A stretch of DNA of 21,583 nucleotides, from IMG/VR virus record IMGVR_UViG_3300022539_000516. One strand, 5' to 3'. Under the pieces are notes generated by a model, which ran no database searches, was not told where the DNA came from, and saw nothing but the letters and a program-made list of their open reading frames with translations. Source of the stretch: a virus. Positions 9,542 through 16,604 of the stretch are shown here, piece by piece (position 1 is the first letter of the stretch; each line of letters opens with the position of its first letter). The translations under genes were made by a program, and so were the position numbers.

Positions 9542-9865
9542 ATGGAGATACCATTTTTGGTAGATGATGTACAAAGATTTGAGAAGAAAAATTTAGAAGT
9601 TCCGGAAATAAGAGTATGAAGTCATCCACATTATGTTGGACAAGAGGGAGAAGATTCTTATGCAGTTTTTGATTCATTTGGGGAAGCATTAAGATTTATA
9701 GAAGCAAATCCTATGGCAGAAAAAGTTCCGCTTATAGCATTTAGAGGTTACGAAATAAACATTTTTGAAATAGCGGAATATAGAGAAAAAAATAAGGAGA
9801 TTAAAAAATCTAATAGACAGCCTGTGTGTTCAGAATGTCATAGTAAAATATCAAAGAAGAAATAG
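9542..9865 (+). pseudogene. 107-codon reading frame interrupted by one in-frame TGA at codon 26 (pseudogene, read-through gene or sequencing error)
   Basis: AGGAGG RBS, then MEIPFLVDDVQRFEKKNLEVPEIRV*SHPHYVGQEGEDSYAVFDSFGEALRFIEANPMAEKVPLIAFRGYEINIF...CSECHSKISKKK, ending TAG 9863-9865. It fills the gap between its neighbours and is absent from the supplied ORF track. Confidence 0.7.
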
Positions 9866-9875
9866 GAGAAAAAGG

Positions 9876-10076
9876 ATGATACAATGTCCTCATTGTAATA
9901 GAGAGATAAATCAATTAGATTATTTTTGCGACGAGCATGGCATAGTTGATATTGATGAGAGCAATAAAATTGACTGGAAAAAATGTACAGTAGAAGGTAA
10001 ACATAATTATAAATATGCTTGTCCGGAATGTAGTGGTCCAATTGATATTACTGAAGATGAAACGGTGGAGATATAA
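9876..10076 (+). CDS. Small zinc-ribbon protein
   Basis: CPHC...CPEC; AGGAG upstream; TAATG coupling to the next gene. Confidence 0.75.
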   Translation: MIQCPHCNREINQLDYFCDEHGIVDIDESNKIDWKKCTVEGKHNYKYACPECSGPIDITEDETVEI

Positions 10077-10942
10077 TGACCTACGATTTTGTAATGATAG
10101 TTTTTAATGGAATACCCTGGATAAAATTTGTTTTGAGTGAGATATATAGTCATGCGAATAAAATAATAATTGTAGAAGGCCCGGTTAAGCGTTATATGGA
10201 ATTTAAAGGTATCAAAGAATCAAACGATGGTACTTTGCAATTTTTAGATACAATTTCTGACCCTGATAGAAAGATTACAGTAGTGCATGGTTCTGGTTTT
10301 GAGGATAAACTTGAACAAGCTCAATATTATATGAAATTTGTAGAAGCTGATTATATTTGGATGGTGGATGCCGATGAAGTATGTAAAACTCAGGATATAC
10401 CGAAGATAAAGAAATATATTGAGGATAATAAACTTGAAGTCTCAAATATTCCGGAATTTAGATTCTGGGGAGATTTAGAACATTATGCTAGAGGAGGTTC
10501 GTGGAACGATTGTCCTGCTAGAATATTTAAACACGAACAAGGAGATAGATGGTATTCACATAGACCACCAATGATTGAAAGGACGGATGGAACAATAATA
10601 AAACTTAAACCAATAGAGAGCAAAGCTCCCGAACAGTTAGTTGAGCAAGGTTTGTATATGTACCATTATAATTATATTGGAGATTTACGAATAAAAGATA
10701 AAGCAGAATATTTTGTGAGGTTAAGACCGAACGACCCGGTATATAACAAATATTTGGGATGGTTTGAAAATGTTTTTCTACTGTGGAGAAGGTCCGACGA
10801 AAATGTAAGAAAATACTTAGAGAAAGAGTTTGGTTTGCATCCGAATGGGACAGGACATACAGAAAATTTTGTTGGGGAACATCCAGATTCGGTCAAGAAA
10901 GCGATAGAAAGTGGAGAATTAAAAGATTTAAGTGCATTTTAA
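10076..10942 (+). CDS. Glycosyltransferase family 2-like (GT-A)
   Basis: 'MIVFNG', 'KIIIVEG', 'SNDGT', 'DYIWMVDADE' (DxD), 'RIFK', 'MYHYNY'. Confidence 0.82.
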   Translation: MTYDFVMIVFNGIPWIKFVLSEIYSHANKIIIVEGPVKRYMEFKGIKESNDGTLQFLDTISDPDRKITVVHGSGFEDKLEQAQYYMKFVEADYIWMVDADEVCKTQDIPKIKKYIEDNKLEVSNIPEFRFWGDLEHYARGGSWNDCPARIFKHEQGDRWYSHRPPMIERTDGTIIKLKPIESKAPEQLVEQGLYMYHYNYIGDLRIKDKAEYFVRLRPNDPVYNKYLGWFENVFLLWRRSDENVRKYLEKEFGLHPNGTGHTENFVGEHPDSVKKAIESGELKDLSAF

Positions 10943-10957
10943 AACAGGAGAATACAA

Positions 10958-11182
10958 ATGAGTCTCTCAGAAGAACCTATTAGACCGCTTAAAAGCAGAG
11001 AAATAGCTTTTATCATATCAAGCCTGTTAGGTGGGCTTTCTCAATTTTGTGATATAGAAGAAATATATGAAGCACTAGACCACTTTTGTAGAAACAAAGA
11101 CGAGTATAAGAAACAATTGAAAATAATAAAAGAAGGTTTAGGTAAAATAACAAACGATTATGGAGAGCTAAAAATAGTATGA
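10958..11182 (+). CDS. Small hypothetical protein
   Basis: AGGAG RBS; 74 aa; ATGA overlap with the next gene. Confidence 0.7.
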   Translation: MSLSEEPIRPLKSREIAFIISSLLGGLSQFCDIEEIYEALDHFCRNKDEYKKQLKIIKEGLGKITNDYGELKIV

Positions 11183-12066
11183 ATAAAAAACTTATAAACA
11201 TTCATGTTCGGGGAGGAATAGGAGACTTCTGTCTGGCTTCGATTAAGTTTGACGGAATAGAAGAAAAACATAAAGATGATATTATCCAAGTATGTCTTAA
11301 TACGCCTGATTATGTGAAGAAAGAAGTATTAGACTTAGCTAGATTACGATGTGGTAAAAATCTAGGATTAAAACGCATAACTCAACTTAATAATTATAGC
11401 AGGGAATCTTCTGGAGTCAGACAATATATACATGATTGTGATAAATTGTATGACCTTAATTTATGGTCAGAATATACATATTATGAAAAAGGAAAATCAA
11501 GAGTTGGGGGAGAATTGTGGAAGATAGAAGATGTATGCCCGGAAATAAAATGTAATTATTATCATAGTTTTCCATATGTATATAGTTCATCTTATAATAA
11601 AGGCAGCGTAGTTTGTATTCAACCATTTGGAAAAACAACTAATTATTTATGGGATACACAAGATTGGTTGTATTTTGATACACTGTTTCACGAAAAAAAC
11701 CTGCATTTTATTTATTTTGGAGACAATAGCCAAAAAAAAGAAATATATTCAATTATGAGTGAGCATATGGAAATACATCACAAAGCAGAGATGAGAATTA
11801 ATAAGCAAATATATGATATAATTAGAGATATAAAAGCCTGTTCTCTTTTTATAGGTTGTGATAGTGGTTTAAAGAATATAGCTTTACTTCTTGGAAAGCC
11901 GGTAATAATGATTAATAATCCAGATTATCCTCATACATGCAATAATTGTGAAGCAAAAGATATTTGGTTTCCCAAGTTTTATAGAGAGAGAGATAAACAT
12001 AGTTTAATAGTAGAAGATTTTGATATGAAAAAGGTAGAAAAACATTGTTTGGCAATACTATCGTAG
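11179..12066 (+). CDS. Glycosyltransferase, GT9-like
   Basis: 'RGGIGDF', 'VCIQPFG', 'IKACSLFIGCDSGLKNIALLLGKPVI'. Confidence 0.82.
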   Translation: MNKKLINIHVRGGIGDFCLASIKFDGIEEKHKDDIIQVCLNTPDYVKKEVLDLARLRCGKNLGLKRITQLNNYSRESSGVRQYIHDCDKLYDLNLWSEYTYYEKGKSRVGGELWKIEDVCPEIKCNYYHSFPYVYSSSYNKGSVVCIQPFGKTTNYLWDTQDWLYFDTLFHEKNLHFIYFGDNSQKKEIYSIMSEHMEIHHKAEMRINKQIYDIIRDIKACSLFIGCDSGLKNIALLLGKPVIMINNPDYPHTCNNCEAKDIWFPKFYRERDKHSLIVEDFDMKKVEKHCLAILS

Positions 12067-12680
12067 GATTAAATCCCCACTTCGACGACGAAGTGGTGTA
12101 TATGGGAGCTTTGAGTAGATTACTCAAACTTGGAATAGTAGATAAGATATTTTTAGTATATTTTAGTTATCCATGGAAATCTGAGATTAGTGTAGTTAAC
12201 AAAGAACAATCAAAGATTGTTGCATTATTAAGAAAAGCATCAGCGAAAAAGATTGATGTAATTACAACAAAACCAATATATCCAGTTAGAGAACTCGATA
12301 AAAATAGACAGAACATACTTGAATTTTTAGTATCTTTAAATAAAGCATGTAATCCCAGTCTTGTATTTTGTCCATGTTCTCACGATGTTCATCAAGACCA
12401 CCAAGTTATATATCAGGAAGCAATTAGAGCATTTAAAACTACATCTATTTTAGGAAGCAACTATTACTGGAATATTTTAAAAAAAGCGAACACAGAAAAT
12501 CTATATGTAGAACTTTGGAAAGACGATTTAAAATTAGTGTTAGATTGCGCCGATGTTTATAAATCTCAGAACAAAATCTTTCTAGAAACAGATAATATAA
12601 TTGCAATAGCAAAAGCCAAAGGTTTAGAGATAAAAAAGGAATACGCTCAAGTGTTTGAACTTATAAGGGGGGTTATGTAA
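12045..12680 (+). CDS. PIG-L/LmbE family N-acetyl sugar deacetylase
   Basis: TTG start after AAGGT. Metal-binding motifs 'PHFDDE' and 'DVHQDHQV'; 'YKSQ'. Confidence 0.85.
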   Translation: MFGNTIVGLNPHFDDEVVYMGALSRLLKLGIVDKIFLVYFSYPWKSEISVVNKEQSKIVALLRKASAKKIDVITTKPIYPVRELDKNRQNILEFLVSLNKACNPSLVFCPCSHDVHQDHQVIYQEAIRAFKTTSILGSNYYWNILKKANTENLYVELWKDDLKLVLDCADVYKSQNKIFLETDNIIAIAKAKGLEIKKEYAQVFELIRGVM

Positions 12681-12682
12681 TC

Positions 12683-13297
12683 ATGTTTTTAAAATCGCTT
12701 TTGAAGAACATTAGAGTCGACTGGATGTTTTTGTTTATGATTCTTCTCATTATGGGACTGACACGAATAACTTGTCTTGAGAGAGCATTAAATAAAGAGA
12801 TAGCAAGAGGTACAAGTCCGTCTAGGTTAACAATAGTTAAAAAAGGAGAAGGTAGAGAAAAATTTGAACACGAAGCGAAGGTAGAAACTGTTTATACAGA
12901 TAGTACTGGAGAAATTACATATATATATTCTGATAGTATGGATGCCAGTATGTTTGTACAAAAAGTACAGTTTTTACCAGCTTTTAGTAAATTTATATAT
13001 GATATAAGATACAAAGACATCAATATTGATATAAAAGTAAAAGATGCAAAATTCAAGCAAGTAGACTTTACAATGAATCCTAGACCCCTTAGTAATATAA
13101 CTCTGACTTTTTCGGAAATACCTAATCTAAGACCGTCATTTGTAAGAACGGATTATTTTGGATTCATTTTGGGAGGAGGTTATGAAGAAAAGCCTTTTGT
13201 GAAAGCTGGACTTTATATTCTCACGGTTGATTTCGGAGTTACGGTTAAACAAGAGTCAATGGGATTTTGGGTTGATAAAAGAATAAGGATTTTTTAA
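12683..13297 (+). CDS. Membrane-anchored protein with C-terminal amphipathic beta-strands (envelope or spanin-like, tentative)
   Basis: N-terminal TM (WMFLFMILLIMGL). C-terminal alternating strands 'FGFILGGGY','VKAGLYI','DFGVTV','GFWVDKRIRIF', ending in Phe. Confidence 0.55.
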   Translation: MFLKSLLKNIRVDWMFLFMILLIMGLTRITCLERALNKEIARGTSPSRLTIVKKGEGREKFEHEAKVETVYTDSTGEITYIYSDSMDASMFVQKVQFLPAFSKFIYDIRYKDINIDIKVKDAKFKQVDFTMNPRPLSNITLTFSEIPNLRPSFVRTDYFGFILGGGYEEKPFVKAGLYILTVDFGVTVKQESMGFWVDKRIRIF

Positions 13298-13298
13298 A

Positions 13299-13526
13299 AT
13301 GAAACCTATTAAAATACCTTCATTTGGAAATCCAAAAAGAATGGAAGAGTTGAAGGAAGAAAAACCAGTCAAGATACCTAGATTGGGAATTTATGGATTT
13401 CATTTCGGTAATCATGCAGAATTTAGATTGGCTCAAGACGAAGATAATGATAGGATAATTTATGTAGAAATTGGATGGAGAAATAGAACTATTTTTCAGG
13501 TAAAATTTTACCTGGAGACAAAATGA
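13299..13526 (+). CDS. Small hypothetical protein
   Basis: 75-aa ORF; AAGGA upstream; short internal repeat KPIKIP/KPVKIP. Confidence 0.65.
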   Translation: MKPIKIPSFGNPKRMEELKEEKPVKIPRLGIYGFHFGNHAEFRLAQDEDNDRIIYVEIGWRNRTIFQVKFYLETK

Positions 13527-13684
13527 AGGCATTTGAGATTTGCCATAGATACAATCCAGTTAGAGTTAAGGATAAAATTACCTGTAAGCATTTAATGCGG
13601 GCCAAAGATTTAACTGGTTTGTGTACTCTAAGAGCAAAGTTTTTATGCGATGTTTGGAAGTATAGACAATCGGAAAAGAAATAA
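13523..13684 (+). CDS. Small Cys-rich hypothetical protein (53 aa, not in ORF track)
   Basis: GGAG RBS; ATGA overlap upstream and TAATG downstream. MKAFEICHRYNPVRVKDKITCKHLMRAKDLTGLCTLRAKFLCDVWKYRQSEKK. Confidence 0.7.
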   Translation: MKAFEICHRYNPVRVKDKITCKHLMRAKDLTGLCTLRAKFLCDVWKYRQSEKK

Positions 13685-14163
13685 TGATTTGTTTGAATAT
13701 CGGATGCGGTGGAGTAGTAAAACCAGGATATATAAATCTTGATATTCAGAAAATAAGTGGAATTGATGTTGTTGGTGATGCAAGGATTCTTCCGTTTAAA
13801 GACGAAGTTATTGATAGAATAGAATCTTTTCATCTTATTGAACATTTCGACAAATTTGAAGCATATGTTTTATTAAATGAATGGTTTCGAGTTTTGGTAG
13901 ATAAAGGTCGTTTAATAATAGAATGTCCTGATTTGAAGGGTAATATAAAAAGATTTTTGGAGGGGGATGAATTTTCTATAAACACATTTTTTGGGTTACA
14001 ACGTAATCCATATGATTATCATAAATATGGGTATACCATAGAATCACTGTCAGAACTTTTAGAAAAGTATGGTTTTAAAGTAAATTATACTGGAGAAGGT
14101 ACAGATTATCATACGGAAGACGAAGCATGCATAAGAGTTGAATCATTTAAAAACGGAGGGTGA
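13684..14163 (+). CDS. Class I SAM-dependent methyltransferase (type 11-like)
   Basis: 'LNIGCG', 'GYINLDI', 'GDARILPFKD', 'HLIEHF', 'EWFRVL...GRLIIECPD'. Confidence 0.88.
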   Translation: MICLNIGCGGVVKPGYINLDIQKISGIDVVGDARILPFKDEVIDRIESFHLIEHFDKFEAYVLLNEWFRVLVDKGRLIIECPDLKGNIKRFLEGDEFSINTFFGLQRNPYDYHKYGYTIESLSELLEKYGFKVNYTGEGTDYHTEDEACIRVESFKNGG

Positions 14164-14164
14164 A

Positions 14165-15148
14165 GTGGATTCTCAAGCCAAAGGAAAAGTTGCTGAAGAA
14201 AATCTTTCAATGTTAATATTTGGTGACAATGAGTTTTCTCAACTTTGTAAGAAATATTTTGAGTCTAAAAAATTCAAAGTATCCCATTGTAAAAAAAATG
14301 TGTATAGTTTGGACACAAAAACAATAAGTCGTGTTTTTGAAAATGAAAAACCAGATATAGTTCTTAATTTTATATTGATGAATAATGTATTGAATTTTAT
14401 AAAAGAAGCTGCTATGGATTCTTCTTTGGTAGCAATGCAAACAGCAAAGGATATATTAGAATTTTCTTCAAAATTTAAGGTAAATAAAGTAATTATGGTA
14501 TCGTCTACAGATGTATATCCAAAACTTAGTGAAGAGTATTTTGATTTAATTCCATTTAGAGAAGAGAGTTTTTGGCTCGGAAATACAATTAATGGAGACT
14601 TTATGTATCCGAGTGCAGTAAAAAATATTTTCTCCTTTATGAGATGGTATAAAGATAATAAAAATTTGCAAAGTGTAATGCCTTTGTTGTCTGAGATTTA
14701 CGGAGAAGGTATAAGTAATGATTTGAATATTATACCATATCTTACAAATAGAATTCTTGGTGCAAAACGTATTGAAGCAACAGTCCTGAAATTATCTGGA
14801 GACGGAGAACACAGTAGGAATTTTTTATATACTACCGATGCTCTTGATGCTTTGGATAAAATAATATTTAATATGGACACCACAAATATAATAAATATTG
14901 GAAGTGAAGATGATGTTAGTATGAATGATATAGTTGAAATAATAAAGAAAGCATTAGATATTGATGTACAAGTTTTATGGAAAACGGTTGACAGTGGTGT
15001 TCATCAAAAACTATGTGTAAAAATAGATAGAGCAATAAACCAGATAGGATGGAGACCGCAGGTGTTGTTTACTGATGGTATTTCAAATTGGATTTCTTCT
15101 TTAGAAGAAAAACGCACCGAAAAAGCAATACAGGAGGAGGTAGAATGA
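14165..15148 (+). CDS. NAD-dependent epimerase / GDP-L-fucose synthase-like extended SDR, degenerate
   Basis: GTG start after GGAGG (ORF open from 14138). 'EKPDIVL','VSSTDVYPK','PFREESFW','IYGEG','GDGEHSRNFLY..DA','INIGS','IGWRPQVLFTDGI'. Lacks GxxGxxG and YxxxK. Confidence 0.78.
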   Translation: MDSQAKGKVAEENLSMLIFGDNEFSQLCKKYFESKKFKVSHCKKNVYSLDTKTISRVFENEKPDIVLNFILMNNVLNFIKEAAMDSSLVAMQTAKDILEFSSKFKVNKVIMVSSTDVYPKLSEEYFDLIPFREESFWLGNTINGDFMYPSAVKNIFSFMRWYKDNKNLQSVMPLLSEIYGEGISNDLNIIPYLTNRILGAKRIEATVLKLSGDGEHSRNFLYTTDALDALDKIIFNMDTTNIINIGSEDDVSMNDIVEIIKKALDIDVQVLWKTVDSGVHQKLCVKIDRAINQIGWRPQVLFTDGISNWISSLEEKRTEKAIQEEVE

Positions 15149-15318
15149 AATTCAGACTACAGCAAGTTACGAGACCCGGTATGTCACAATGGAAATATGT
15201 CAACACATTAAAGGAGTTGATTAAGTTTATAAAGGAATGTGAGCATGATGTAATTATAACTTTTGACGAAGAAAAAGATGAACCTGTTTTAACAATAATT
15301 GATAACCTGGAGAAATGA
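15145..15318 (+). CDS. Small hypothetical phage-type protein
   Basis: GGAGGAGG RBS; ATGA overlaps on both sides; 57 aa. Confidence 0.72.
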   Translation: MKFRLQQVTRPGMSQWKYVNTLKELIKFIKECEHDVIITFDEEKDEPVLTIIDNLEK

Positions 15319-15896
15319 TGCCACCCATAAAAATAATCTGTATTGACCCCGGACATGGTGGAGGAATAAGACAGGTAATAAATGGATATGCCAGGGAACA
15401 GGATATTGCTCTTGCTATATCATACGCATTATATTGGTGGTTTAGTATTGATTCTACATTGAAAGTATATTTGACAAGAAGTGGTAGAGAATATATTTCA
15501 CAGAAAGGTCGAGCGGATTTTAGTAATATACACAAATCTAATTTATTTGTAAGTATCCACTGTAACGCACCGTCCGAAAATGATATGTGGAGAAGAGACA
15601 GAATATCTGGAATAGAAACTCTTTACTATTTAAATTCAACAAGTGGAGAAAAGTTGGCGAGTTGTATTCAAGATGAATTAATAGCAACTTTTCCCAGTCA
15701 TAAAGATAGAGGTATAAAACCCAGACCTTCTAGTAGCGGTGGAAATATTTATGTTTTAAAATATACTAACTGTCCATCTGTTGTAGTAGAAACAGAATTT
15801 CTGACAAATGATAGGATGAAAAAGTTTCTTTTAAATAATACTGGTGAAATAGCTCAAGCTATATATAATGGTATAGTAGATTATCTTGTTTTATAA
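15315..15896 (+). CDS. N-acetylmuramoyl-L-alanine amidase (Amidase_3), probable endolysin
   Basis: 'IDPGHGG', 'E', 'VYLTR', 'R..FSN....LFVSIHCNA', 'GIET', 'DRGIK', 'IYVLKYTNCPSVVVETEFLTN'. No signal peptide or cell-wall-binding domain. Confidence 0.92.
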   Translation: MMPPIKIICIDPGHGGGIRQVINGYAREQDIALAISYALYWWFSIDSTLKVYLTRSGREYISQKGRADFSNIHKSNLFVSIHCNAPSENDMWRRDRISGIETLYYLNSTSGEKLASCIQDELIATFPSHKDRGIKPRPSSSGGNIYVLKYTNCPSVVVETEFLTNDRMKKFLLNNTGEIAQAIYNGIVDYLVL

Positions 15897-16279
15897 TGAC
15901 TACAAGAAAATCAATCAGAGGAAAATGGAAGAGGCATGAAAGAAGTCATGCCAGATTTTTTCATACTGAAAGGACTCCGTTAAGCGGAGGTTCTTCAAGA
16001 CATACTAGGAGTGATTCTTTGCATCCGATATTGTATATAGAGACCAAAATGATTCCTAAAGATTCATGGTTAGAAAAAGAATGGAGAAGTGTTGTTTTGA
16101 AAGCTGAAAAAGAAGATAAAATACCGTTAATGTGTTTGAGAGTTCATGGTATGCATGGGTTTTTGATAATGAATAATAGCAAACAGATTGATAAAATCAT
16201 AAAATGTCGGATAGAATTTCCCTCAGATGAAGAAATTGCAGAGTTTAAGGCAGGATTAACTCTTGAAAGGAGAAAATAA
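15896..16279 (+). CDS. PD-(D/E)XK nuclease, phage Holliday-junction-resolvase-like
   Basis: 'WKRHER...R.PLSG.....SD......IETK...W......A.KE.KIP' pattern. Confidence 0.7.
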   Translation: MTTRKSIRGKWKRHERSHARFFHTERTPLSGGSSRHTRSDSLHPILYIETKMIPKDSWLEKEWRSVVLKAEKEDKIPLMCLRVHGMHGFLIMNNSKQIDKIIKCRIEFPSDEEIAEFKAGLTLERRK

Positions 16280-16289
16280 AAAAACTATA

Positions 16290-16309
16290 TAAACATTTGT
16301 TAAACATTT
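16290..16309. repeat. Direct repeat TAAACATTT x2, 11-bp period (possible regulator binding site)
   Basis: Copies at 16290-16298 and 16301-16309; the minus strand reads TGTTTA-N5-TGTTTA. Confidence 0.4.
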
Positions 16310-16348
16310 ATACATCTAAATAAAAATTTTTTGTCTCCGTAAGTTATT

Positions 16349-16388
16349 GGGGGAGCTATACTTGAGGGTATAGCTCCCCCTTTTTTTT
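16349..16388 (+). terminator. Rho-independent terminator closing the enzyme operon
   Basis: Perfect 13-bp stem GGGGGAGCTATAC/GTATAGCTCCCCC, 6-nt loop, followed by T8. Confidence 0.92.
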
Positions 16389-16391
16389 GAG

Positions 16392-16600
16392 CAATGCTAA
16401 AACATTGACATAAGGTTTGTGGACAAATTCAAGCGTTCAATGCATATTTACTGTGACAGGCACACGGAACGAGCACTGTCACAAACTTCCTCTCAAGGAA
16501 CGAAGGGGAAAGACATTTATCAAATGAATTATTCCTGCCGGAAAAGAGAGTTTATATTTTTTTGAAGTATAACACTACGGTATAGTGTTATACTTTTTTA
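16392..16600 (+). ncRNA. Candidate structured non-coding RNA (multi-hairpin, GGA-loop motifs)
   Basis: Stems: TTTG-TGGA-CAAA; TGTGACAG/CTGTCACA (16452-16483); TTCCTCT/AGGGGAA (16487-16510, where the G-U pair favours the + strand); CATTT/AAATG. Two loops share GGAACGA. The region ends at a 13-bp hairpin plus T-run. Confidence 0.35.
16565..16599. promoter_or_regulatory. Perfect 13-bp inverted repeat containing TGnTATACT on each strand (promoter/operator and/or terminator)
   Basis: AAGTATAACACTA-CGGTA-TAGTGTTATACTT followed by Ts. Extended -10 TG-T-TATACT at 16586-16594, just upstream of the GGGGAGG RBS. Confidence 0.55.
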
Positions 16601-16604
16601 TTGG

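Noticed and set aside
9617-9619. Genome-wide TGA reassignment (genetic code 4/25)
   Set aside because: Many genes end cleanly at TGA with ATGA/GTGA coupling (2881, 11182, 13526, 15148, 15318, 19654, 20784), and TGG is used for Trp throughout.
997-15148. Ordinary chromosomal LPS/capsule locus or DNA restriction-modification methylases
   Set aside because: No transport or polymerase genes, and the enzymes are interspersed with phage-type ORFans. The methyltransferases lack DPPY/NPPY or PC motifs and look like small-molecule/sugar type 11 enzymes.
16405-16435. Sigma70 promoter from the perfect TTGACA at 16405-16410
   Set aside because: There is no acceptable -10 hexamer at 16-18 nt spacing.
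16452-16483. CRP/FNR-type site (TGTGA...TCACA)
   Set aside because: The half-sites are 22 nt apart instead of 6; the sequence is better explained as a hairpin stem.
16392-16560. tRNA or known riboswitch in the intergenic region
   Set aside because: No cloverleaf or recognisable riboswitch consensus by eye; an Rfam search is needed to exclude it formally.
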